This document shows positions 26,824 to 38,386 of a stretch of DNA of 64,000 bases, one piece after another. This DNA comes from Tubiluchus corallicola (Eukaryota > Animalia > Priapulida), in the NCBI GenBank assembly GCA_030141605.1, contig JAQGDQ010000105.1, positions 248,001 to 312,000 of the forward strand, written 5' to 3'. A program made the translations under genes and the position numbers. The notes under the pieces are model-generated. The model was not told the DNA's origin. It worked only from the letters and a program-made list of their open reading frames with translations, and did not search any database. Each line of letters begins with the position of its first letter. Position 1 is the stretch's first letter.

Positions 26824-28153
26824 ATTTGCATTTAAAAACTAGTGGGTTTTTTTGCACATAGGGTTCTACATAGTTTAGCCTGCATTTGCTAATAAATAAT
26901 TTAACAACAAAAAGGAAAATAATGAATTTCTGTAAATTAAAGAAAAAGATTGAAGTTGCTCGAGAAGTCCAAATTCCAGTTTTCAATTTCACGAACAGAT
27001 TTGGTAGGCAATATTCACACATTTCACTTGTATTTAAATGTCATTTGCATGTCCCTTTACGGAAAATATTATGAAGAAATAACAAAGAAGTCCAGCATAA
27101 CAAATGTTTTTGCAAATACGAATTATGAAGCCACCTTAAACTTTATGAACCAAATGTCGCAACTATCCCCAAAACAGGAACTGCATAAGGCGCAGGTGTG
27201 AAACCCTTCGACATGAGAAGGATGAGTAATTACTTTATCCAAAAGAGGTGCTCCTTTGTACCCGTTTTTAAAAAAAAACATCTCACGAAATAGTAGCAGG
27301 CTTCTCAATAATAATGATAGAAATAATGATGGTAACAGCGTTTTTAACAATACAGCACATTATAATATGAGCTGCAATGTAACGGAAATTTGCCTAATTT
27401 TGATCTGCATGTTTTATTGTATATTATGAATGCTAGCAACATTAATTTCAACATCAACTTTCCTTTAAATTGAGCAGTATTTTTGTGAGGAGGCAGCGCT
27501 TCGTTTTTCTATTTCACAAACTGAAAAGTTAAAATACATTTGCATTATGAAAATGGTTAGAGAATCAAAATGTGAATTACTGCGGGTGGACAATATGACC
27601 TGTATGGTTCCTTGGGATAAGTTTTCTGTTGGATCTTTACCATTAAGCCTAAGCCTTGATGCACACTTACAGAAATTGTTTGCATCCATAGTTTTGTCAC
27701 AGATAGTTTGATTATGTTTAGTTTGATTGTGTTCTTCTTGCCAATAAATGCCAGTTTATTACTGCTAACAAATTAATAAATAATAAAATAAATAAATGAC
27801 TAAATTTAGTCATCCACTAATTTACCAAATTTTCTATACCGCAGATTTTATCGAGGGACTTTTCTCAACGTTTTTTCATTTAATTATTTATTGTAGGTTC
27901 GTTTCTTTTTTAAGCATTACAAGTTGCGCATGTTTGGTTTGCAAATTCCTTAAAAAACTTAAGAGTTATATAAGTTGAATATATTATGGGAAGAGAAATT
28001 ATTCAGCACCTAATCATACTTATGTACACGAGCTATCTAAGCTGTGACTAATACTTCGCAATAATTTATGTAGTTTTCAACATCTCAGTGCATTAGTAAA
28101 TTCGGCAAGTTAACAAAAACTTAAGCACATGTTCAGACGGTAAAGTTAGGAAA

Positions 28154-28721
28154 TTAAAGGAAAGGCCAAGCCTTCTGGGAAGTCAAGCTTATTTCAATGT
28201 TTCCTTAAAAATTTTAGTGAGATTCAGTAATAAAAGTGTGATAAGCTCTGCGCTTCATGTAATTAGTAAAATCATTTTACAGTCACGATCATTTCACGCT
28301 TGTCCGCTCCCATTTTGAATGCTCATTTTCCATCACTGACGTCAATCGTCCACTAAAGAAAGCAGCGCACTGTTCGTCAAAAGTATAATAAGATTTTATA
28401 AAAAATTAGATAGCTATTTTTTCGATTTTTGGCATGAACATTAGGTAAGCTGCGGATATTTGAATTAGTTTACAGAAAGACGCGGCGCACTTACATAAAG
28501 TCACTAAGTAAACTATTATATAGCTGCATCATAATTTTCAAGTGAATGTCGGCTATCACTGCGCCTAAAAAACTTCTGCACAGCGGTAGTATAAATTTAA
28601 CTTTTCGCTTTACAGACTGTTTTTGCAAATTTCTTTTTTATAGTATTGTAAGTTTAAGTGATTGCGCCATGATAGCGGTGAAATGAACGCAACATGCTAA
28701 ATGGCATGTCCCTTCCTTTAA
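28154..28721 (+). mobile_element. Kolobok-like non-autonomous DNA transposon (MITE), family A copy 1
   Basis: Starts TTAA-AGGAAAGG and ends CCCTTCCT-TTAA (TTAA target site, RR..YY termini); homologous along its length to the inverted copy at 31099-31584. Confidence 0.75.
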
Positions 28722-28959
28722 ATTATGTAAACATAACGTACTAATAAAAGTGAAGCAATAACTTGAGCATTACGGATATCTAAATATGAAAATTAGAATT
28801 GCAGTAGTGAAAAAGCGGGTGCTTGATATGAACAGTACCTATTTAAGTGATAAATGAAAAACAGGTAAGTGCAAGTTTTTCTCTTCAAGTGTGAGCTAAC
28901 AGTTAAAATTTATCTACGGCGTTCGTCAAGGATCTTTTTATTTTTGATTAACATTAGTG

Positions 28960-29920
28960 ATTCACGTAATGCGACGAAAAAATTGTGCTCTGTTATATTT
29001 ACTGATTATAACAGCTTTATTACATTTAACCAAAACATTGTGTTTCTGTAGCATAGTAAATGCTGACCTTAAGTTTATATCCACGTGGTTCAAGATCAAC
29101 AAATTTTATGATTTTAGTTCAAAAAATAAGAGGTATGTTAAATATTACTGCAAAAAATGTATTGCAATTTATTGACCAAGTCACTCAACCTAAATTTTTG
29201 GGCGTTATCTTAGAGATAAACTGTCATGGAAAGTATACAAACCATATTTGCTCTAAGTTTAACAAGGCTGTTAGCATAGTAAAAATGTAGCAAAATTTTA
29301 AAAACATCTACTCTTAAGCAACTGCATTATACTTTTGGATTTGGTTATTGTTGAGTTATCTGGGGAAAACACTTACTTGTTTTCTTTAAATAGATTAATA
29401 AAATAAAAAAATTATCTGTTAATCATGTTCTCTGCTTATAGAGATTATTAAGGATTTAAAAACACTGAAACTGCATGATGTTGGTGCCCTGAGAATTATA
29501 TATGTCTTGTATTTGAACTTATGTTTGTTCTTAGTAATCACGTTACATACTTACATGTCGAAACAACGTAATATGGTTCACATTCTTAATTGCAAAATTA
29601 ATGCCGTGAAACATTTCATTAAATGTCAGCGTATTGCATTTTGGTAGATCCCGATTAAGCAACTTCTCTATTAAGTAAATTCTCTATGTGTTTTTGAAAA
29701 ACGAAAGAGTCTACATCTAGTTTTGGCTACATAATGTTTCTGATATTGCTTGTGCATATACATTTGTATTCGTATAGTATAATTGTAACCTTTTATGATG
29801 AAATGATTTTTTTATATATTTATTCTTATTTTGTACACATTTACTCTTTAATATGTCAATTTTCACTACCTATTGTTGTCTTTAAATTATGATAAATAAC
29901 AGACAATAAATAACTAACAA
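28960..29920 (+). mobile_element. 3' fragment of an L2/Crack-like LINE (RT C-terminal half, degenerate)
   Basis: Frames read VNADLKFISTWFKINK, IDQVTQPKFLGVIL, KLSWK..NHICSKFNKAVSIVK, typical post-YADD RT/thumb motifs, with stops and frameshifts and an AATAAA-rich tail at ~29890-29920. Confidence 0.7.
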
Positions 29921-31098
29921 TTATGAGGAAAAATCGAACGTATAACTCTGTGTTGACAAGAGTCCTTTCCCCACCGTATATGCAATTTATTTTTCTGTAT
30001 TATTATTTAGATATATTTGTCTTCACCTTAAACACATAGTTCAAGATTTTTAGTACATGTACGTACTTTTAATATGTAATATGTTGTGTATGAAAGAAGT
30101 AGCTTTATCAATTTTTATCAATTTGAATTGATTTTTACCAACGTCAACGTTATCTTTTGACTGTCAGTTTTAGCGTAATATTCTATTTAAATCTACCAAC
30201 GTTACTAGAACGATTTTGCTAGAAGGAGCCTTGCAAATAGCCAAAAAAATCTGTCCGCGACAATAGCTCAGTCTCCCCCCACCAAAAAAAATAATAACCT
30301 TCAACACTTCTAGCTGTCTGGTAAAGAATTACACTAATGCCTTTTAAGTTTATAAGTTACTTAAAGGACGTGTTTTGCAATGATTGTGTGTAATGCGTTT
30401 GTGAGTATTGGGTAGGTAGTTAGTTACTCGACAAACTTTGAGCTAGGATTTGGTTGCGTGCACGGAGCTTAAGCGCATTAATTAAATTTTCTGATTTCCT
30501 GTCCAGCAAATGTCACTCAAGATTTGATTTCGGCTTTGTCTAGATGTGTGTTAAAGGCATCGCTAAGTAGTGTTGTAAACAATACCGTACTACTCAAGAA
30601 TCCCTTCCTCTAGTGCATATAACTTTCTTCCCTCTACTAGGACATCAGCTTTTGTTTTCTTCCATTGTGGTATTTATGTCATAAGTTAGTTTCATCATTA
30701 CGTTGTCATTTTGACGCGAGAAGTCACCACTTCGTACACTCAGCTTAATAGCTGACAGGCCAGGAGCACTAGGCCTAATGAACATATCGAGTCGCCATTG
30801 TTATATAACATGGAACGTACATCGTACATGTGCAATAATCATACACTTAACCTTTCCAGCGATGTCTCATATTTTTGTTTGTACTGTTGTTATCCAGTGA
30901 AGCCATGAGCACCTTTTCCTCCCACGCTGTGACACAGTGCCTTACGTGGTAGGTCAGCTCTACTACACGCAAGCAAAATGCAAAATCGACAGTGCAGAAT
31001 GTCCGTTTAACAAACAATTTTTAATTAAAGAAAGGAATTTAGACTATTGCATTTTTTGCTGGTAATAAATTATGCTGATCATGTATTTACAACTTTAC

Positions 31099-31584
31099 TT
31101 AAAGGGTAGTACAACTCATTTAGCATGATGCGTTTATTTTTGCTGTAATCACTTAGACTTAGAAAAATATAACAAAGAAATTTGCAAAAAAACTGCTTAT
31201 AAAGCATAAAGTTGGCATTCACTCGAAAATTATGACGTAACTGGTGGACTTCTGATTTTTCGTACGCGCATCGTGGCTTTCCGTAAACTAATTCTACAGT
31301 TTACCTAATGTTCCTGCAAAACTGTAACAAAATTATCTATTGTTTTGTAAAACTTATTAAGCTTTAGACAGAAATTGCTTTTCTTCAGTCGATGAAAGAC
31401 GTCATTCGTGGAGGAAGAAGGACGTTCAAAACGGGAGTGCCCAAGCATGAAATGGCCGAGACTTTAAATTGTCTTTATCAAAAACGGAAGGTGCTTATCA
31501 CACTTCTATTAATCAATCCTTCTAACATTTTCCCCGAACAGTGAAAAAAGCCAAATTTCCCAGAAGGCTTGGCCGTTCCTTTAA
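31099..31584 (-). mobile_element. Kolobok-like MITE, family A copy 2 (inverted)
   Basis: The reverse complement of its right end (TTAAAGGAACGGCCAAGCCTTCTGGGAA) matches 28154 (TTAAAGGAAAGGCCAAGCCTTCTGGGAA); internal blocks are also shared; TTAA at both ends. Confidence 0.75.
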
Positions 31585-31767
31585 TAACTTAAAACCTATA
31601 ATAATGGTCCGCGAGGGTTGTTAGCGAATGACGTATAATTTTCTAATATAGAAATCGGTGTAGTAAAGTGAAGTTTATAATAAATTTACTACGTGATGAC
31701 GAATTTTGTTATTTGTCATATAATGAAAATTTTTTTGTTACATAATACTGTATTACTATATATATAT

Positions 31768-32186
31768 TGTACTGCGGGGCTGTGGTGAAATGAAGTGTAA
31801 TACTGGCAGGGGAATACAATAGACTTCTCAGGTGTGCGTGTGAACGTGGCTTTATCTAACACATAGACTCCTATTCTGACCTTGTGTTAGTAAAAGCCAC
31901 TAGTCATGTGCACACCTGAGCTTATAAAAAGGGTAGGTCTGCTGTAGACCCTTGTCAGTGGTCGTGTCTTTCATCGCAGCTCTGTTCACATTTCACAGGC
32001 TTTGTCGCAAACTCCGTTCTTTTAGGTAAGCTATTTGTAATATTTATTTAGTAATAAATTGTCATTTCGACTCTATTATTCGGGTTCTGTTTTGGTTTGG
32101 CGTTGAGCGACTTAATTGAGACATACCGCACAGTGTTGGCCGCGGTGCCATCCGTCGTGCCTCCGTTAAAAGCGGACAGCAGTCCA
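31768..32186 (+). mobile_element. Solo-LTR-like element (TG...CA, 419 bp) inserted in (TA)n
   Basis: TGTACTGC...GCAGTCCA termini, ATAT on both sides, TATAAAA at 31923, TCAGT initiator at 31955, AG/GTAAG donor at 32026, AATAAA at 32053. Confidence 0.6.
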
Positions 32187-32651
32187 ATATATATATATAG
32201 TAATACAGTATTATGTAACAAAAAAAATTTTCATAATGAATATATATATAATGAATTTTAACATAGGATGTTGATGTGTCACTTATACAGTAAAACTGAA
32301 AGCTCGGACAATAATAGCTATAATCGCCATTGTTAATTTATTGTCAACTTATAATCACCATTTCTAGATTTAAAAATGAGTGTAAGTTGTGAAATAATTA
32401 CGTGTGACCTTTGTATGTAAATATAGTATCACATATTTGCCTTTTGTTTATTGTACAGGTGCTGACTAGTTGTTGACAGTGTTTTTTTGGAGACCCTATA
32501 ATAAGCACTTATATATATGTTTCTCGGGTCTCCTGCATTAAAAATTGTCGCAGTATTTATTTTCTTTTTTATGTTCTTCTTAAGTTTTGAACAACGTTGA
32601 CGTGTGCCATATTATTTTGCTAATAAACTATACTTTCTAAAGTACATATAT

Positions 32652-33712
32652 CCGGTATACATAAAAAAGGCTGAGATTAAAATGGCACAGGAAAAATGGC
32701 ACGGTAAAAATGGCACAGGAAAAAGTGGCACAGGAGAAAATGACACGGTAAAAATGGCACAGGAAAAGTGACGCAAGTTGAAAGGTAGGAAAAATGGCAC
32801 AGGAAAAATGGCACAATTGGAAAAGTAGCAAAAACGGCACATATGTTATTTTGATGTAATCGGCTTCTATAATAAAATTAGAATGTGCTCAGTAAAAAGC
32901 AGATCTCTGAAAAAACCAGAAAATCCTAAACGCATTTGTCTGGTTTTTCCTTTAAAAAAATTAACACAAAGGTAAACAAACAAACATACAAAAATGTACC
33001 TGTATTGGCGTCATATAGACTAGCAAAAGACTCGCAAAATATATATTCATTAACTAGATTTATAATCAATAATGCACGAATGTTCCACATTGTGCTTATC
33101 TACCTTTTTAATTATTAATTTGGCGATGGTAATAGAAGACATATATGCATATCTGCAGTTTATAAGGCTATGTACATTAATAAGCAAAGGTTATGACAGC
33201 GTTACCACAGTTTTCCAAGCGAGAATTTCTCGAAATGCAACCTGGAACTAACTCGTGGTTGTTTGTCTAGGTGGACATAACAAAAAAGAAAAGAATTACT
33301 AAACACTCCCTGTGAGACCTCCAGGAAGTGCTTAACGAATGTTTTTTGTACGTGGTGTTCTGTCAAGTTTTGCGAAAAAAGAACCCATTTTGCCACCCTA
33401 TATCCGGCTTTTATACCCTATATACAAAGTTTCTTGGAAATCTGCTACATAGTCAACGTAATAGGTTTACTGCCACAACAGATAAAAAACAACCGAACAA
33501 AGCGACAAACAAACTATCTTGAAGCATTACTTTCCTGAGAGAGGTGAAAATAATTAAAATAATCGTAACCCTAATCGTACACATGTTTTTCTAAGTGTGC
33601 CATTTTTTTGCTGTGCCATTTTTACTTACTCCTACATTTACACCACTGTTTCCTGTGCCTTTTTCCTGTGTAATATTAGTGTATTTTTCTAATTCGTCGT
33701 TTTATCACCAGA
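32652..33712. mobile_element. MITE with subterminal minisatellites (AAAAATGGCACAGG)n, probably with nested insertion(s)
   Basis: About ten 15-bp AAAAATGGCACAGG-type units at 32680-32840 and their reverse complements (TGTGCCATTTTT) at 33595-33670. The interior has Helentron/DINE-like ACAAACAAAC runs and hairpin-like ends. Confidence 0.55.
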
Positions 33713-35949
33713 AATATCTATCAAACTGTTAAGCAAATGAGTCGGGCTATCAGTGTCATTGAGAAAGTCCTGCGAAACTCTCCATTGGAGCCACAGCCAT
33801 TACGGCTGCGAATGGTGGAAATATCAGATATTCAATTAATATATATTCTTTATTCAAAATTAAATATTTTCCATGGTTTTTTCTCGATTTTTATTTCTTT
33901 CTTTCAGTTTTATCATTCAAGAGGGAATGCACTGATGATTAAAGTAGGACTTACTAAATCGTCAACTCAAAGAGCATAAAGCTAAATGACGCGTAGAACA
34001 TGAACTTCTCGCTACCAACGAATCAAAAACTCGTTAACAGCACCCATTTCCGCCCATGGACTTTCAAAATCATTTTCCGTTTTTCTCTTTCTTGTTTCGA
34101 CGATATTTTTAAACACGAAAAAATTGAAAAGCGTCTAGGAGATAGCATGTAATCTTTCATTTACTGGGCACACAATAAAGTTGATTTATATTTTTCTAAA
34201 CTTTGTACAAACTTCATTACTTGTACGCTTTGATAGCGAATTGCAAATGCTGAACTGCGAATTTGATAACATTTGCTAAATAAATAATGCAATTTTACTT
34301 CATATATTGTCCTTTAATTCTCAATGTAAACGCCAAACGAGCAACTTCAGGATAATATATTTACAATTAGCTTACATGCAATGGGCATATAAATTTCAAC
34401 AAAGATTCTATCAATCGAGAAAGTGCTTTTCTAAAATTATTCCCAGAACGCAGAATTAAATTGTTAGTCGCAAATTGATAAAATTGTTTACAGTGCGTAT
34501 TAATATTTTAAATTGTTGTTCTGAGACGATTAAATCAGTAATAACTGAAGCAGAAAAGGAAGACTTGATATTAATTGCTGCGAAATGAGCAAGCCAGCTG
34601 CAGTCTCATAATAATGATCAAAACAGTTTCAGATTTCCCTGAAATTACGCTGACAGCTTTTTGTTCCAGGCGAAATGGAAGATGCCTGAAAGTTGCTGCT
34701 TGCTTGATTTAGCTGATCGAAACTGGAAACCCGCTATTGTAATCTGTATACGACATATAGTCCCTTCGCTAACCTATTTCATTAAGATTAAAAATGGCAA
34801 CACAATTCAGATATTAAGCTGGGCGTTTCGTAATAAAACCATGGTGTAACGTTAGACAGTTTTAATTGAACAACCAACAAGATCTGTCTCATTAAAATAT
34901 AAACGCGTATATATAAGTGCATTTTTGGTGCTGACTTTAGTTCAGAAATGAACAACAACAACAACAGGTAGAATAATGGCTGCAGCACCTACATTAAACA
35001 GCAAAAAAACAACGATAACGGCTTGAGAGTAGCGATAGCAGCATTATCAAAAAACTATGTTTGCAACAGCAACAATAGCAACAATAAGCAAAAAAGGACC
35101 TAGAACAGTGGTAGAGACACGAAATAATTTCTGTAATAAAACAAAGCAGTAAGTGATTTTAGATGCTCTCTTAAGTTCCTTGATTTCTTGGTTAATAATA
35201 TATATTTGCCAGTGTCCTTGATTTACTTTCTGTTTTAAGATTTTTTAGTTGCCAATCGTCTACAATTTATAATCCTACTATAAATTGTTTCAAACGTCAT
35301 TCGATATTATTATTATATGCCCAAGGTAAACAACTGTCCTGTTTTTACAGACAACTGGATTTATGTAGTAAATGTAAAACGAACAACGTAGGAATTTAAT
35401 GCTGTTTCAAGACAAAAAAATAAGTACTCAGTGAGTAACAGTGTAGTGTTATAAACCAAATTCATGACCATTCAAACACATTTTCGATAACAAAATTTTA
35501 CAATATCGAAGAACATCTGTTACACGCCTCACAGTACACATTGCTCGTAATTATAAAAGTAAAACTTTACATCATTATAGGGTACTAACAAATTAATCAC
35601 CATTAACAATAATTATTATTAATTATACAATGACAAAATATTGTTAGTAATTTTATGCACACAATTCGCCGTCAAGATGTAAAAATACTTAGCCTAATAT
35701 TACATTTATTCCTTACATGATCCTAATCTACATGTCAGGATTACGTGTTCTTCATCATGCACACCACTTCCATTACACGTACATACTCTTTTGTTGTGAA
35801 GGACTAGTGGTCTACCTAACCATTTCGACTTTCAAATAGTGGGAATGAAGGGATAACCTAATTAAATCTTAGTGACTCGGGTAAGTTAGACAGATAAAGC
35901 GAATGCTGAACCATTTCAGGGTTCAATTTCATATACGTGTTTTACGGTT

Positions 35950-36730
35950 TTCTTATACAGTAATACAATTTACAAACGGCTCTTGATTATCATTATAACA
36001 GATATTAATTGCTGTCACATTTCTTGATATAAAACCTAAAAAATTTATGGTTCTGCAAAATCATTTTTTTAAGTATGGCTTTCCTGTCTCATTAGAAGTT
36101 GCTGATTTAACACCAAGCAACACTTGATCATTTTGTTATACGATGCTTCTAAGCCTTTAAAATTTGACGTAACCCACGCCTGGGCACCATAAACCATTGC
36201 AAGCAGGCTTCTGCTATTATCATTTTCAATAGTGCCAACGTGGCAGAGGCCATTTTTTGTCAACTGTAATCGAGGAATTTAAGTTTAATTTAGTAGTTTA
36301 GTAAGTTTCTCCATAGATGTTTCAAGTCCGCAGTAGAGCTATTAGGAACTTCTACATAGTATTAACACAGGAAATACATTGCTGAAGTATTACTGATGTT
36401 GTACAATGTGTTTTGACGAGCCCAATGATTTCTGCAACTTAGGTTCCTTTCCTGATATATTCATGCTATTTTAGTTTAAAGTTTCATAATTATATGCAAA
36501 TAAGTTAATTTTAACAACTCACTCTAACAGTGGTAGACTTAATATTGTGACAGAAATTACTGCGACAGCAGTAGACTTTTAATATGTAGACGAGGAAGTA
36601 AGCTAATTAACAACAAGCCAATGAACAACTGATACCATAAATATGATGAGGTAAAATTCTGCTTTTTGGCTGGTACCGCCCACGCAGCGAGTCTGCATCA
36701 AGGCAATATTGGCCACATTGGACCTAACAC
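35950..36730 (-). mobile_element. Highly decayed LINE RT C-terminal fragment
   Basis: Minus frame reads LAMVYGAQAW..LEASYNKMIKCCL(G)VKS.TSNE, resembling the 'L.YG.E.W...LE..Q....K..LGV...T.N' LINE motif. Boundaries are approximate. Confidence 0.45.
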
Positions 36731-37429
36731 ATAAGTTTTCAGACAAATATTTTTGCAAAGCTTCTCTATTGTGTCAGTCGTCGGCCGGGCAGTACATTAT
36801 CCTGCGCATTATCCTCGGTTTATAACATCCAGCAATTTAGAACCTCCAGACCATGAATATTTTAAACAGTAGCTGATTTATTAAGAGAAGTTTTGTGAAA
36901 GTGTGCGTTTATGATAGTCTTTTAATTGCCTACTTTAAATAGTCAAGGATGTTGTAATATATAGCAACTTGGAGAATGTACATCCCAGTTATGATATTCA
37001 TGCCATTACGCTAGTAATTTACAGTGAAATTAAAATCGATAAATCGCTGATTATGTAAAACGAAATTAAAGTGAAAGTCATAATCGGTAAAAACATTGAT
37101 TTCGATTTCTTTAATCTGTGGTAGACCATGATTAATCGGGCCGCTCCAAAAATTACCACCAAAAACTAAAATTCAATCCTTATATTAATCCTAGTTAGGT
37201 TGCAAAAGTATTGTACAGTATGTTCGAGCTAAGATATTCGCCCACAATTGCACTGTTTAATTCACCTACTAAAAGATGCGAACATTTTAACAAAGAATCT
37301 TGAAAGTATTTTTAATTGAAAGTAGTTCGAGAACATGCACGTCTACACCCCACTTAGACAAGATCCTAGCTACGATAATTTTTGGGCGATTTATAGGAAA
37401 TTTTGATGAGATGTTAACTTTTTCGTGCT

Positions 37430-37493
37430 GTGGATACTGTCATGACGCTTATAGTGCCCTTCATTGTTATAGTTAGTATGAACGTTACTATTG
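37430..37493 (+). pseudogene. 64-bp duplicated fragment of the GPCR TM5 coding sequence
   Basis: 60/64 identical to 38987-39050. Confidence 0.85.
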
Positions 37494-38386
37494 TCGGTAA
37501 TCAAAAGGCTCAGACTCTGTGTTCAAAAATGCAGAACGTCGGCTTTCCACTTTCAATCCAATTATAATTTTTTGGAACATGTAAGGTTTTTATCGGCCAC
37601 GTCAGCAAAACGCCAATAGAAAAACTTGCTATACGTTCTTAGTGCTTAGAGTTCACTGTTAAATTACTTGGAATTACATTAATATTTAATGAGCAAACAG
37701 TCACGATACGGTTAATTCTTACAATTTTGTACGTGTGTGACCGAATTGCGCGTATGGTTGAGCATAATTGACCAACTTGAAGGGCTTCACTGCTTAACAC
37801 TGGACATTAATAAATCCCAATGTGTACATGTTTCATTAATGAAAGGCAAAAATCTATTGTGCTGCATGAATTAACGCCTGCTTATTGTGCGAGCAGCTGG
37901 GAAATGTTTTTGTGTCACCTGACATTTAAAGATACTACAATAGTGTGCATGACAGTCGCAGTTCTTAAAACCCGCGGTGGTTGTTTTATTGTTACCACCA
38001 CTGTTCTCTAGGTTTATCATTAACTTTGCTTCTGCTGAAAGTTGAACTTACTAAAAGCAATGACTATGGCATTGTAATTATTGTATTATTTTGTTTTTTT
38101 TTCAGAGTTTCAAAATGTCCATAAGGTAGCCGCAGACAACGATACTGATAACCATTTGTCTGAATATGAACTAATGGGTGTCCTTAATAGCGCCAATACA
38201 GAAGACAAAGAAATTATTGTGATAGCACTCAGACACTGTAATTGGAGAAATCAAGTGCCAATAAACCGCGTTTCGCCAAATGTTGAAATAACTTTAGTGG
38301 GAGTTATAGTTGTGAATGGAGTGCAAGACTTGTTTATTATAAACATAGGCTAATATTACTAATCCGAAAGTTTTTTAGCTACAACA

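Noticed and set aside
32680-32840. Short repeat array resembling a CRISPR
   Set aside because: 15-bp units with no unique spacers and no cas genes; a minisatellite.
38081-38386. In-frame upstream ORF as a stop-codon-readthrough extension of the GPCR
   Set aside because: Two in-frame TAA stops (38351, 38360) intervene, and the GPCR N-terminus from 38387 is already complete.
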